64,000 nt of DNA from assembly GCA_003104935.1 (NCBI GenBank), contig PQAE01000007.1, forward strand, positions 47,221-111,220. Direction: 5' to 3'. The position numbers and the translations under genes are program-made. Positions 18,466-28,072 of the stretch are shown in pieces. Under the pieces are notes generated by a model. It saw nothing but the letters and a program-made list of their open reading frames with translations. It was not told where the DNA came from and did no database searches. Every line of letters begins with the position of its first letter. Positions within the stretch are counted from its first letter, which is position 1. The DNA comes from Parcubacteria group bacterium (GTDB lineage Bacteria; Patescibacteriota; Patescibacteriia; UBA1558; GWA2-36-10).

Positions 18466-18882
18466 ATGACTATGAAAATATATTTTGCCGGATCCATCCG
18501 CTCGGGTCGTCAGGATCGCGACTGGTACAGACAAATTATTGAACTCCTCAAAAACTACGGCCGGGTTTTAACTGAGCATATCGGCGATCCTAAAATTACC
18601 GGCCAGGGTGAGCATTGGCTAGATGATCAGGTAATCTTTAAACGGGACATCGAGTGGCTTTTGGAAGCCGATGTTTTAGTAGCTGATATCACACAACCGA
18701 GCACCGGCGTTGGCTACGAGATAGCACGGGCTGAACAGGCTACTAAAAAAGTGCTTTGCCTGTTCCGAAAAAATAGTAAGACCTCATTGTCTGGCATGAT
18801 TAACGGTAATAAAAAAATCACTACCAAGCTATATTCAAATATGGAGGATGTTAAAACTATCCTAGAACAATTTTTTCAATAG
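18466..18882 (+). CDS. Nucleoside 2-deoxyribosyltransferase / DNPH1(Rcl)-like N-hydrolase
   Basis: KIYFAGSIRSG, VLTEH, PSTGVGYE, LSGMI. Confidence 0.85.
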   Translation: MTMKIYFAGSIRSGRQDRDWYRQIIELLKNYGRVLTEHIGDPKITGQGEHWLDDQVIFKRDIEWLLEADVLVADITQPSTGVGYEIARAEQATKKVLCLFRKNSKTSLSGMINGNKKITTKLYSNMEDVKTILEQFFQ

Positions 18883-18883
18883 T

Positions 18884-19207
18884 ATGCCGGCAAAATTGAT
18901 TTTTTTCAGCTTAATTATTCTGGCCGTATTTTTAGAAGTAGTCGGTGATACCTATCTAAAAAAATGGTCTCTGGAAAGTAAAAATTTATGGCTCCTTATT
19001 GGCCTGCTAATTTATTTTGTCGGCTCCATTTTTTGGATAGTTTCCCTGAAATATGATTATCTCTCCCGAGCCATTACTATCTTTACAGTACTCAACCTCA
19101 TCTTAGTGGTCCTGGTCGGTGTTTTGTATTTTAAAGAGGACTTATCTTTGATTAACAAATTCGGCATTGCTCTCGCTGTCCTCAGTGTGATCTTAATCGA
19201 ACTATAA
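18884..19207 (+). CDS. SMR/EamA-like small transporter
   Basis: 4 TM helices, LEVVGD, LYFKEDLS. Confidence 0.75.
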   Translation: MPAKLIFFSLIILAVFLEVVGDTYLKKWSLESKNLWLLIGLLIYFVGSIFWIVSLKYDYLSRAITIFTVLNLILVVLVGVLYFKEDLSLINKFGIALAVLSVILIEL

Positions 19208-19229
19208 CTATAGAATATTATTTATCAAG

Positions 19230-19262
19230 AGCCGCCGCCGCGTCAGACGCGGCGGCGGCTTT
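19230..19262. terminator. Intrinsic terminator between convergent genes
   Basis: AGCCGCCGCCGCGTC/GACGCGGCGGCGGCT hairpin. Confidence 0.7.
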
Positions 19263-19289
19263 ATTAATCATAAAAAAGGTAATCCCATT

Positions 19290-19712
19290 CTAATTGAAGT
19301 TTATCTTAAAACTATACATACCCATACCACAGAGGCCTTGCATCGTACCCTTGGCCTGATCGGCGACAATAGCTATTTCTTTGACCCCGGTAGGCTCCAG
19401 GCTACCCCGCCAGCCAAGCTTAGGAATTACCAAGCTGGACGAACAATCATAAGTGCCGTTGGTAGAAACTCTCAAAGTAGTGGCTATATTTGCCTTAGCG
19501 TCGATTACCCGAGGAGTGTAGCCGCCTTTGGCGGTGATATCAATCACTTGCTTATCGCCGATTTGCGAAACTACGTTTGATACTCCTACATCAGATTTAT
19601 CATTAGCCGGCTCGCCTCCCAGGGTAAAGCCGACACCGATAGCGCCGCCCAAAACTACGATGGCTATAATTATAAAAAATATGTTTTTACTTTTCATCCC
19701 GTTAAAGATCAA
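19290..19712 (-). CDS. Cupredoxin-domain protein
   Basis: GGYTP, DCS, CGMGM motifs. Confidence 0.8.
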   Translation of the reverse strand: MIFNGMKSKNIFFIIIAIVVLGGAIGVGFTLGGEPANDKSDVGVSNVVSQIGDKQVIDITAKGGYTPRVIDAKANIATTLRVSTNGTYDCSSSLVIPKLGWRGSLEPTGVKEIAIVADQAKGTMQGLCGMGMYSFKINFN

Positions 19713-19802
19713 ATGATTAAATAATTTACAAGTAAATTATTATGCTAAATTTTATAACCGCCAGTGATATGTTTTAAAAAAGATCTCTAACGGGCTTCAT
19801 AT

Positions 19803-20864
19803 TTATAAATTAAAAATAGGATTGATAATACCGGCTACCGCCAGCAGATTAAGCAGATTAAATATGGCCATGGCCATAACTATCAGTCCGGCTGTCTTAA
19901 AAAATATCCCTTGCCAGGGTTTGCTGATAATGCTGAAGGAACTAAAAGATAATAGGGACAACATCGGCAAGGTGCCCAACACAAAAATAAGCATCGTCAA
20001 TGCCCCTTTAAAAAAACTGCCGGTAGATAAAGCGTAAATTTGCATAGATTGCGTAAAACCGCAGGGCATAAAAAAAGTCAGCCCACCCACTAAAAACGGG
20101 GTAAAAAAATTAAATACTTCCCGCGGCGCCAAAACTTTTTTAGCAATATGTTTGGGCATAACTATTTGAAACTTTTGCGTAAAATCTGTTAAATCCAAAA
20201 GGTTAAAACCTAAGACTAGCATCACCAACCCGACTACCATACTAATAATTAAATTAACAGTCCAGTTTAGATGCAAGGCACTGCCGATAGTGCCGATCAC
20301 TCCGCCCAGCACAAAAAAAGTTAGCAGGCGTCCCAGGTGAAACATGATTTGGGTGCGGGCTTTGGCTCCGCTTTTAGCATAAGAAGCTGACAGTGATAAA
20401 ACCAGACCACCGACTATTGCCAGGCAAGTGGAGACTGAAGCGATAAGCCCGATTACTAAAGCCGTGGAATAACTGACATTATTGCCGCTCACTAGATTAA
20501 CCAGCCCTAGTTTTTGTAGCCAGATAAAAACAGCAATTAGGGTGGTAGCCATGGGTAGGGCATAATAAAACTCCGACCAAACAATGGTTTTTTTTGTTTT
20601 GTTAGTAGATAAGGTATAACCGTCTGATTTTAAGATCAGATTTAAATCTTGAATTACTTTTTCTTGGTCTCCAATCAAATTGCCGGTGATTATTATTTCC
20701 CGGCGTGCCAAATCAGCCCGAGCGCTCGTTACTCCCGGATATTCTTTGAGCCGGTCGTCAATGAGCATGACGCAGGCGCGACAATGCATGCCACTAACGT
20801 AAAATTTATATGTTTGTTCCATTTTATAATTTTTTAGTTTTAAGTCTAAGAGAATTACTGACAA
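19803..20864 (-). CDS. HMA domain plus DsbD_2 (TauE/SafE-like) membrane protein (start probably 20822)
   Basis: GMHCRAC, STCLAIVGG, MPCGFTQ. Confidence 0.85.
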   Translation of the reverse strand: MSVILLDLKLKNYKMEQTYKFYVSGMHCRACVMLIDDRLKEYPGVTSARADLARREIIITGNLIGDQEKVIQDLNLILKSDGYTLSTNKTKKTIVWSEFYYALPMATTLIAVFIWLQKLGLVNLVSGNNVSYSTALVIGLIASVSTCLAIVGGLVLSLSASYAKSGAKARTQIMFHLGRLLTFFVLGGVIGTIGSALHLNWTVNLIISMVVGLVMLVLGFNLLDLTDFTQKFQIVMPKHIAKKVLAPREVFNFFTPFLVGGLTFFMPCGFTQSMQIYALSTGSFFKGALTMLIFVLGTLPMLSLLSFSSFSIISKPWQGIFFKTAGLIVMAMAIFNLLNLLAVAGIINPIFNL

Positions 20865-23073
20865 CCGACACGCTAGACAGAGCCATGGCTAATCCAGCTA
20901 AGACTGGTGACAAAACCCAGCCAAATATAGGATAAAATAATCCGCTAGCTATGGGAATGCCAATAATATTATAGATAAAAGCCCAAAAAAGATTTTGCTT
21001 GACCGTGGCCATAGTCAGACGGGAAAGTTTGATGGCCTGGGCAATCTTACTAATATCGCCATTGAGCAGAGTAACGTCGCTGGTTTCAATAGAGACGTCG
21101 GTGCCGGTAGACATAGTCAGACCGACGTCAGCCTGCGCCAGAGCCGGAGCATCGTTTACCCCGTCGCCCGCCATAGCCACTACTTGCCCCTGGCTTTGCA
21201 GAGCTTTAATTTTAGCTAGTTTATCAGCCGGCATAGTTTGAGCTAATACTTCATCAATTCCCAATTGATCGGCGATATTTTGGGCGGCACGCTGATTATC
21301 ACCGGTAGCCATAATCACCCGGGTGCCGGATTGGTGCAAATTATCAATAGCGGCCTTGGCCTCCGGTTTTAATTTGTCGCCAATATTGACCTGGGCTAAC
21401 AATTGTTTCTCGGTAGTTAAATACACTATAGTCTGGTTGTTTCTATCGTCACTACCAGCCAATTTAAATTTGGCCAATAGGGCCGGACCACCGACATAAT
21501 AGTTCTGCCCCTCCACTTTTCCGCTGATGCCTTGCCCAGGCAAATTTTTGAAATCCGTCGTTTTGAGTAAATTGATTTTTTTGCTGATAGCGTTCTGAAC
21601 AATGCATTCGCCCAAGGGATGTTCGGAATTTTTTTCCAACGAAGCTAAAATTTGCAAAGCTTTATCTGAATCTAACTGGGCTAAAGTTTTTAGAGAAATT
21701 AATTCCGGCCGACCGACAGTCAGGGTTCCTGTTTTGTCTATCACTAGGGTTGTAACCTTGTGTAATTTTTCTAAAACCTCGGCGTTTTTGATCAAGATGC
21801 CGTTGCTCGCCCCCTTGCCCACGCCGACGATAATCGCCGTGGGCGTAGCCAGACCCAAGGCACAGGGACAGGCAATAATAAGGACACCGACAAAACTAGT
21901 CAATCCAAAAGATAAAGCTTCACTAAAAACCATATAACGGGAACCTATCAGCAACCAAGAGGCTACAGATAAAAAAGAAATAATTAACACCGCCGGCACA
22001 AAAATTGCCGCGATTTTGTCCGCTAATTTTTGGATCGGCGCTTTGGATCCCTGGGCATCTTCCACCATTTTTATAATATGGGCTAAGAGCGTTTCCGATC
22101 CGACATTGGTTGCTTTCAGGGTAAAAGATCCGGTGGTATTAATTGTGCCGGCCGCTACCTTATCACCGACATTTTTTGACACCGGCATGGGCTCGCCGGT
22201 GAGCATAGATTCGTTAATATTTGAATGACCGTCGGTAATAATTCCGTCCACCGGTACTTTCATGCCCGGTTTGACTAAAATCAAATCGCCATGTTGCACT
22301 TGATCAATAAAAATTTCCTGCTCTTTCCCATTGCGAACAATCAAGGCGGTCTTTACCTGTAGACCCATTAACTTCTTGATCGCCTCGCCGGTTTTTAATT
22401 TTGCCCGCGCTTCCAAATATTTTCCTAGAGTAATCAAACCTATAACGATGATAGTAACATCATAATAAGTATGTTCGATATTGATATAATTTCTTAGCGA
22501 CTGTCCGAAAACCGAAACCACAAAACTATAGAGAAAGGCGGCTAGTGTGCCGATGCCTACCAGAGTGTCCATATTAGCCGCGCCACGCCGGATAAAAATC
22601 CAAACTCCCCGCAAATATTGTCGGCCGATAAAAAATAAGGAGTAGGCCGCCAATAAGGGCATTAACCACATTAGCAAGCTGGTCAGGGCAAACGGCATTT
22701 CCGGAATAAGTTTAATCCCGGACGATAAATCCCAAACCATGAACAAGGCGCTAATAATGACTAGGGGCATGGCGATTTGCACTTTGTGCCGCAAGCTACC
22801 CAGCTCCTGCTGTTTCAGCATTTTACTGTGGTCATGACCGGGCATAGACATCTGATCAGTCCCGGATTCCTCAAAGGTGTACCCTAAAGGTTTGATTACC
22901 GCCGATAATTTTGTCAAATCGGTAATCTGTGAATCAAAGTCTAGTTGGGCCTTTTCTGTGCCATAACTGACAGCCACTGATTTTACACCGGCTTGTTTTT
23001 GTAATTTTCTTTCTATGATGCTGGCACACGAAGCGCAGTGCATCCCTCTAATTTGATATGTATTACCTGACAT
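20824..23073 (-). CDS. copA: Copper-translocating P1B-type ATPase
   Basis: GMHCASC, CPCALGLATP, DKTGT, SEHP, GDGVND, YN..P, MALSS. Confidence 0.95.
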   Translation of the reverse strand: MSGNTYQIRGMHCASCASIIERKLQKQAGVKSVAVSYGTEKAQLDFDSQITDLTKLSAVIKPLGYTFEESGTDQMSMPGHDHSKMLKQQELGSLRHKVQIAMPLVIISALFMVWDLSSGIKLIPEMPFALTSLLMWLMPLLAAYSLFFIGRQYLRGVWIFIRRGAANMDTLVGIGTLAAFLYSFVVSVFGQSLRNYINIEHTYYDVTIIVIGLITLGKYLEARAKLKTGEAIKKLMGLQVKTALIVRNGKEQEIFIDQVQHGDLILVKPGMKVPVDGIITDGHSNINESMLTGEPMPVSKNVGDKVAAGTINTTGSFTLKATNVGSETLLAHIIKMVEDAQGSKAPIQKLADKIAAIFVPAVLIISFLSVASWLLIGSRYMVFSEALSFGLTSFVGVLIIACPCALGLATPTAIIVGVGKGASNGILIKNAEVLEKLHKVTTLVIDKTGTLTVGRPELISLKTLAQLDSDKALQILASLEKNSEHPLGECIVQNAISKKINLLKTTDFKNLPGQGISGKVEGQNYYVGGPALLAKFKLAGSDDRNNQTIVYLTTEKQLLAQVNIGDKLKPEAKAAIDNLHQSGTRVIMATGDNQRAAQNIADQLGIDEVLAQTMPADKLAKIKALQSQGQVVAMAGDGVNDAPALAQADVGLTMSTGTDVSIETSDVTLLNGDISKIAQAIKLSRLTMATVKQNLFWAFIYNIIGIPIASGLFYPIFGWVLSPVLAGLAMALSSVSVVSNSLRLKTKKL

Positions 23074-23235
23074 AATTGTTACCGATTAATATGCTATATC
23101 TATAGGGAAGCGAAGCCTCGAGCGTAGTCGAGAGGAGAGGCACAGTGCATGCCCTGAATTTTATATGTGTTGGTACCCATATTTTTATATATCGCATCCC
23201 CCGCGCAAGCGGGGCCCAAAAAAACAAATTAATAA

Positions 23236-23502
23236 TTATTTGCGCTTTAGTTTATAAACCTTAAGAATCTCACTTTTGGCCTTAGCGGTTTGTCCGGCCT
23301 GCATCTGATGGATAACACAATGCCCCAAATGGCTTTCCATCATCAAATCCTCAATATTGGAAAGAGCTTGCTTGACCGCCGAGGTCTGAGTGATGATGTC
23401 AATGCAGTATTTACCCCGGGCGACCATTTCCTGCAAACCGCGAATCTGCCCTTCGACTATTTTCAGCCGGCGAATTAACTTCTTTTGATTGGAGTTTAAC
23501 AT
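23236..23502 (-). CDS. csoR: CsoR/RcnR family metal-sensing repressor
   Basis: RRLKIVEGQIRGLQEM..YCIDIITQ..HLGHC; start chosen downstream of the promoter. Confidence 0.85.
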   Translation of the reverse strand: MLNSNQKKLIRRLKIVEGQIRGLQEMVARGKYCIDIITQTSAVKQALSNIEDLMMESHLGHCVIHQMQAGQTAKAKSEILKVYKLKRK

Positions 23503-23509
23503 ATTTAAT

Positions 23510-23538
23510 AACATACACCCCCTGGGGGGTATTGTCAA
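23510..23538 (-). promoter_or_regulatory. csoR-copA promoter with CsoR operator
   Basis: TTGACA-17 bp-TATGTT; ATACCCCCCAGGGGGTGTAT C/G-tract palindrome lies between -35 and -10. Confidence 0.8.
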
Positions 23539-23593
23539 ATATAAAACAAAAAACCACGAAGCCGATTTGACTTCGTGGTTTGGCCCTAACGGG

Positions 23594-23923
23594 CTAAGAT
23601 TTTTGACGCCTGACGACTCTGATATTGGCGCTGAAGTTGCCCTTGGTCTCGTGGCTCTGCTGACAACGCTCACTGCAGTAAAAGAAAACTCGCCAGAACG
23701 GCAAGCCGTCACGCGTGCCGCTACGCCACTTCACGGCCACTACCGGATCGCCAGGAGTGATGAACTTCTCCCCTTCGGCCACGGGATGGTTCTTGCAAAC
23801 CACGATATCGCCGTTAACGATCAACTGACGCCAGTGTCCTCGTTCGGGCAAAAAAAGCAAGATACTTTCATCAAACAGCCCCTTATAGACTGCGGGTTGC
23901 GGCAAGCTCTTATTACTCGGCAT
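23594..23923 (-). CDS. Hypothetical protein
   Basis: 109-aa ORF with GGAGG SD, upstream TTGACT and downstream hairpin 23551-23581. Confidence 0.4.
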   Translation of the reverse strand: MPSNKSLPQPAVYKGLFDESILLFLPERGHWRQLIVNGDIVVCKNHPVAEGEKFITPGDPVVAVKWRSGTRDGLPFWRVFFYCSERCQQSHETKGNFSANIRVVRRQKS

Positions 23924-24183
23924 TGCGGACCTCCTTTGAGACGAACTAAAGACGGCGCTATCTTAAAATAAAAATCCAATAAAGTCAAAATAGAAAAGCC
24001 AGCCATGGGCAATCATAAAAAAAATGGTCGTCCTGCTGCCTGTCCGCCTTTGGTGGAGGACTCGGACCTAGGACCCCCACATTACCCGCCGTCGCTAAAG
24101 TTCTGGCAGGCAGGTAAGTGTGGCCTTATTTATTTTATTACTATCTTCACTAGCGGCGGGCCATCCGCAGCCTTGGTGAAGAA

Positions 24184-24261
24184 TGGTGCGCATAGATGGA
24201 TTTGAACCATCGACCCCCACATTATAAGTGTGATGCTCTAACCAAGCTGAGCTATATGCGC
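24184..24261 (-). tRNA. tRNA-Ile(UAU)
   Basis: GCGCATA/TATGCGC acceptor stem, anticodon arm TCACA-CT-TAT-AA-TGTGG, GGTTCAAATCC, encoded CCA. Confidence 0.9.
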
Positions 24262-24313
24262 AAAAAATAAAAGGCTATAACAATTATAGTGAAGATATGA
24301 CCTTTTGTGAAGC

Positions 24314-25429
24314 CTAAAGTGTATTATTTATTATTCTGAGTTTATCGCTCAGTTTTTCCAAAATAATTTCTTTAGCACCATCCAGAGTGTGCCCCAAGAC
24401 AATCTGGGCAAAACGCCGATGTCCTTTGGGATTAAACTCCCTGACTAGTTCCAGGGCATCGACATTATCGATAGTGTAGAGCCAAACCTCGGTCTGGTCC
24501 AGGGCTAATTGGTAAAAGATAGCCGCAACTTGTGTCTCGGGATTGGCTAGGATCAGATCGCGGACTAAATCCTGAAAGTCCTGAGGCAGGTTTTCTAATT
24601 CTTCATGCTTTAAAAAAGAAGTAATGACGTGCTCGCTTTGGCTCAAACGAGATAAAACTCGTCCCCAATTTTTTAAAGTCTTGATGTCCTTGGTACGATA
24701 AAGCGACTCTATAATCAACTCCCGATTAGCCCCCTGCACGATCAATTGGCTGGCCAGCTCCAAAGTGGCTGGTGTAACCTGGGAAGACTGAAAACTGTTA
24801 GTAGCGGCGATCATGCCGCCCAAGAGATTAGTAGCGATGTTTTTATCCAGCTCCCCAGCCATCAGCCCATAGCTGATCTCCGCCAGCGAAGTGGCCTTGG
24901 CATCAATAATATTTAGCTGGCCATAATTTTCATTAATCACCGATCGGTCGATATTGATCACCGGGACCTCATGAAAAAAATGTCGATGTTCGCTAAAAAC
25001 GTGACCTAAGAGCTCCAAACTAACCGCTCCCAAAACTAGTACCAAATCATATTTATAATCACCTTGCTCGGTACGGACATCTCCGGCGCTAAAAACGCCG
25101 CCGTCGGATACAATATTTATTTCCAAGGCCTGGCCCCGGACATCATAGCTAAGCTGTTTGACCTGAGTCCGAGAAACGTCCAACACTATTTTAAAACGAT
25201 TTAAATTTTCCAGTTTTTGAATCCAATCTATTTTTTCCGGCAAAAAAGCAAAGCGATGGACCGTGCCGTCAAAGACCACCTCCGCCGGTTTATTTTTCTT
25301 GGCAAAATAAAGCCACCAAGCGGCCGCCGTGCAAATCACATCCGTATTAGGATTGGCCGGACCGGCGACCAAAATACTGCGGGCTCCTGCTACTAAAGTT
25401 TTAAATTCTTGGTGACTGGTATCAGGCAT
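24314..25429 (-). CDS. DHH-family phosphoesterase-like protein with degenerate motifs
   Basis: PVINID, ENYGQLN, ATNLLGGMIAATNSF. Confidence 0.75.
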   Translation of the reverse strand: MPDTSHQEFKTLVAGARSILVAGPANPNTDVICTAAAWWLYFAKKNKPAEVVFDGTVHRFAFLPEKIDWIQKLENLNRFKIVLDVSRTQVKQLSYDVRGQALEINIVSDGGVFSAGDVRTEQGDYKYDLVLVLGAVSLELLGHVFSEHRHFFHEVPVINIDRSVINENYGQLNIIDAKATSLAEISYGLMAGELDKNIATNLLGGMIAATNSFQSSQVTPATLELASQLIVQGANRELIIESLYRTKDIKTLKNWGRVLSRLSQSEHVITSFLKHEELENLPQDFQDLVRDLILANPETQVAAIFYQLALDQTEVWLYTIDNVDALELVREFNPKGHRRFAQIVLGHTLDGAKEIILEKLSDKLRIINNTL

Positions 25430-25630
25430 ATTTTATTTATTTGACTTTTCAGAATAACTTATTAACAGCAGTTTGTCAATCATTTATTTAAAATCCGAAC
25501 CATAATCTGCCCGGTTTGTCTAGAGTCTGACCAATCCGTTATTATTGACTTTAAGTATAAAATATTGTAAGGTGAGAGCGACTAAAAAATTTTAGCAAAT
25601 GCGCATTAGGCGCCTTTTTAAATAAAATCA

Positions 25631-25705
25631 TTCATCCCGTTAGAGATATAGAGCACAATTCTAAGGGGTAAAGTGAATTTAAACATTAATCTCTAACGGG
25701 ATGAA
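25631..25705. repeat. TTCATCCCGTTAGAGAT / ATCTCTAACGGGATGAA inverted repeat overlapping the infB start
   Basis: Perfect 17-bp IR; related copies near 19783, 30637-30668 and 35498-35565. Confidence 0.75.
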
Positions 25706-27665
25706 CGTCAGCGCCCTGGCCCGACAACTTAAAGTGACAGTCAGCGAACTTCTGGAAAAATTGCCGGAGCTGGGTTTTGACGTCGGAGCCCGCGCCATAA
25801 AAATCGATGACAAGCTGGTACCGAAGATTATAGAAGCCTGGCGCCGGGCTGACCGCAAAGAAAGTTTCAAAAAAGAACTTTCCCAAATCGAGGAAAGAGG
25901 CCGGGAAAAAAACGACGAAAAAACTGTAGTAGAAAAACAGATCTCCGTCGGCGAAACCATAGTTGTTAAAGATATGGCTGAACTGATGAAACTGCCTGTA
26001 GCCCGACTGATGGGTGAGTTGATGAAAAACGGAATCATGGTTTCTCTAAATGAAAAAGTCGATTTTGATACGGCCACTATCATTGCTGAGGATTTGGGCT
26101 TTAAAGTCGTAAAAACCGATCACGAAGCTCTGGAAGAAATAAGTAAAAAAGCACGCTTGGCTGAATTACTAACGGAAAGAACAGCCACTATCACCAAACC
26201 ACCTGTGGTTGTGGTAATGGGCCATGTCGATCACGGCAAAACTAAACTACTCGATGCTATCCGGTCAACTAATGTGGTAGATCAAGAGGCCGGCGGTATT
26301 ACCCAGCATATCGGTGCCTATCAGGTAGAAACCAAAGGCAAGTTGATCACTTTTTTGGATACGCCCGGACATGAGGCTTTTAAGGCTATGCGTAGCCGCG
26401 GCGGACAAATCGCCGATATCGCTATCTTAGTAGTAGCGGCCGATGACGGCCTGCAACCACAGACTCTGGAAAGCATTTCGGTAATCCAAAAAGAGAGCTT
26501 ATCTTTTATAGTAGCGATTAATAAAATTGACAAAGAAGGCGCCGATCCAGACCGCATCAAACAACAACTGACCGAATTAAATCTAACTCCTGAAGACTGG
26601 GGCGGCAAAACCGTTACCTGTCTGATTTCCGCCAAACAAAAACAGGGCATTAGCGAACTATTAGACCTGGTGTTGCTCATCGCCGATATGGAAAACCTGC
26701 GCGCCGATACGGAAGGGTCGGCCATCGGCACGATCATCGAATCCCATATTGATAAAAGCGCTGGTCCGGTGACCACAGTGCTGGTCCAAGCCGGAACTTT
26801 GCGTGTGGGTGATATGTTTATCGTCGGCGAAGTGCCAGGTAAGATAAAAACTCTACAAAATTGGATGGCTAAGGATGTGGCCGCGGCCACTCCGGGTATG
26901 CCTGTTAAAATACTAGGCTTAAAACTATCCCCAGCTGTGGGCGAAATATTACAGGTTATCTCTGACAAAAAACAATTTAAAGACAAACTAAAGAATCTCA
27001 GCCACCGAGGTCACACTTCCAACAATAACGTCAAACAAAGCGAAGACGAAGACCGTGCCGATGTGACTGTTCTCAACCTGATCATTAAATCCGACGTTTT
27101 GGGCTCGGCCGAAGCCATCGAAGAAGCCCTGTCAAAAATCAAGGTGTCTGACACCAAAGTTAAGGTTATCAAAAAAGGCCTGGGCCAAATTACCGACGCC
27201 GATATTTTGCAGGCCGAAGCTACCGGCGCCATGGTCATCGGCTTTCATATCAAAGAAAATAAGAGTCTGATTTCGCTGATAGATCAAAAAGGCGTCATTG
27301 TCCTCTATTTTGATATTATCTATAAACTACTGGAACACATCGAGGAAACCCTTCAAAATATCAGGGGCAAAAAAACGATTCATAAATTTATCGGCCGCAT
27401 GGAAGTCTTGGCCATCTTTAAAACCACCAAAAAGGGCATGATCGTCGGCGGTAAGGTCATTGAAGGAAAAATAACCAAAAACGCCAAAATTAAGGTCTTG
27501 AAAAGTGGCGAGGTAGAAACCATCGGCCAGCTGATCAATCTCCAAGCCGGCAAGGAAAACGTTTCCGAAGTAATCAGCGGCACCCAGGCCGGTATCGAAT
27601 ATCACGGCGACCCGATCATCGCAGTGGGCGATACATTGGAATTTTTTGAAGAGATCTATGAGTAA
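25701..27665 (+). CDS. infB: Translation initiation factor IF-2
   Basis: PPVVVVMGHVDHGKT, DTPGHEAF, NKID. Confidence 0.98.
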   Translation: MNVSALARQLKVTVSELLEKLPELGFDVGARAIKIDDKLVPKIIEAWRRADRKESFKKELSQIEERGREKNDEKTVVEKQISVGETIVVKDMAELMKLPVARLMGELMKNGIMVSLNEKVDFDTATIIAEDLGFKVVKTDHEALEEISKKARLAELLTERTATITKPPVVVVMGHVDHGKTKLLDAIRSTNVVDQEAGGITQHIGAYQVETKGKLITFLDTPGHEAFKAMRSRGGQIADIAILVVAADDGLQPQTLESISVIQKESLSFIVAINKIDKEGADPDRIKQQLTELNLTPEDWGGKTVTCLISAKQKQGISELLDLVLLIADMENLRADTEGSAIGTIIESHIDKSAGPVTTVLVQAGTLRVGDMFIVGEVPGKIKTLQNWMAKDVAAATPGMPVKILGLKLSPAVGEILQVISDKKQFKDKLKNLSHRGHTSNNNVKQSEDEDRADVTVLNLIIKSDVLGSAEAIEEALSKIKVSDTKVKVIKKGLGQITDADILQAEATGAMVIGFHIKENKSLISLIDQKGVIVLYFDIIYKLLEHIEETLQNIRGKKTIHKFIGRMEVLAIFKTTKKGMIVGGKVIEGKITKNAKIKVLKSGEVETIGQLINLQAGKENVSEVISGTQAGIEYHGDPIIAVGDTLEFFEEIYE

Positions 27666-27984
27666 GAGAACAGAACAGATCGCTTCGCTCTTGGAAAGAA
27701 TTATCAATGAAATACTATTGCGCGACTTTGAACCCCCTTTAGGCACATTGGTCAGCGTCACTAGTGTCACCGTGGCCCCGGACATGAAAAATGCCACCGC
27801 CTATGTCAGTGTCATTCCTACTAATAAGTTGGGTTCTACGTTTGCTCTGGTAAAAAAATTCGGCTCCCACGTCCAGCATCAGCTCCGCCAAAAAATGCAG
27901 ACTAAAATCATCCCCAATATACACTGGGAGATCGATGACCGCGATCTCAAATATGCCAAGATAGACGAGGCACTACGAAGCTAA
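27658..27984 (+). CDS. rbfA: Ribosome-binding factor A
   Basis: Follows infB; VSVTSVTVAPDMKNATAYVS, IPNIHW. Confidence 0.9.
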   Translation: MSKRTEQIASLLERIINEILLRDFEPPLGTLVSVTSVTVAPDMKNATAYVSVIPTNKLGSTFALVKKFGSHVQHQLRQKMQTKIIPNIHWEIDDRDLKYAKIDEALRS

Positions 27985-28072
27985 AAACTCTCCTTGCCGG
28001 GTGAGTTTTTTAAAAATAAAGGATAAATCCCAGGGTTGACCCCAGTCCTTTTATCGGCTATAATGACCGGCT

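Noticed and set aside
23236-23971. Long N-terminal extension of CsoR (to 23712) and the opposite-strand 160-aa ORF
   Set aside because: The extension runs through the promoter/operator; the plus-strand ORF has no motif and overlaps better-supported features.
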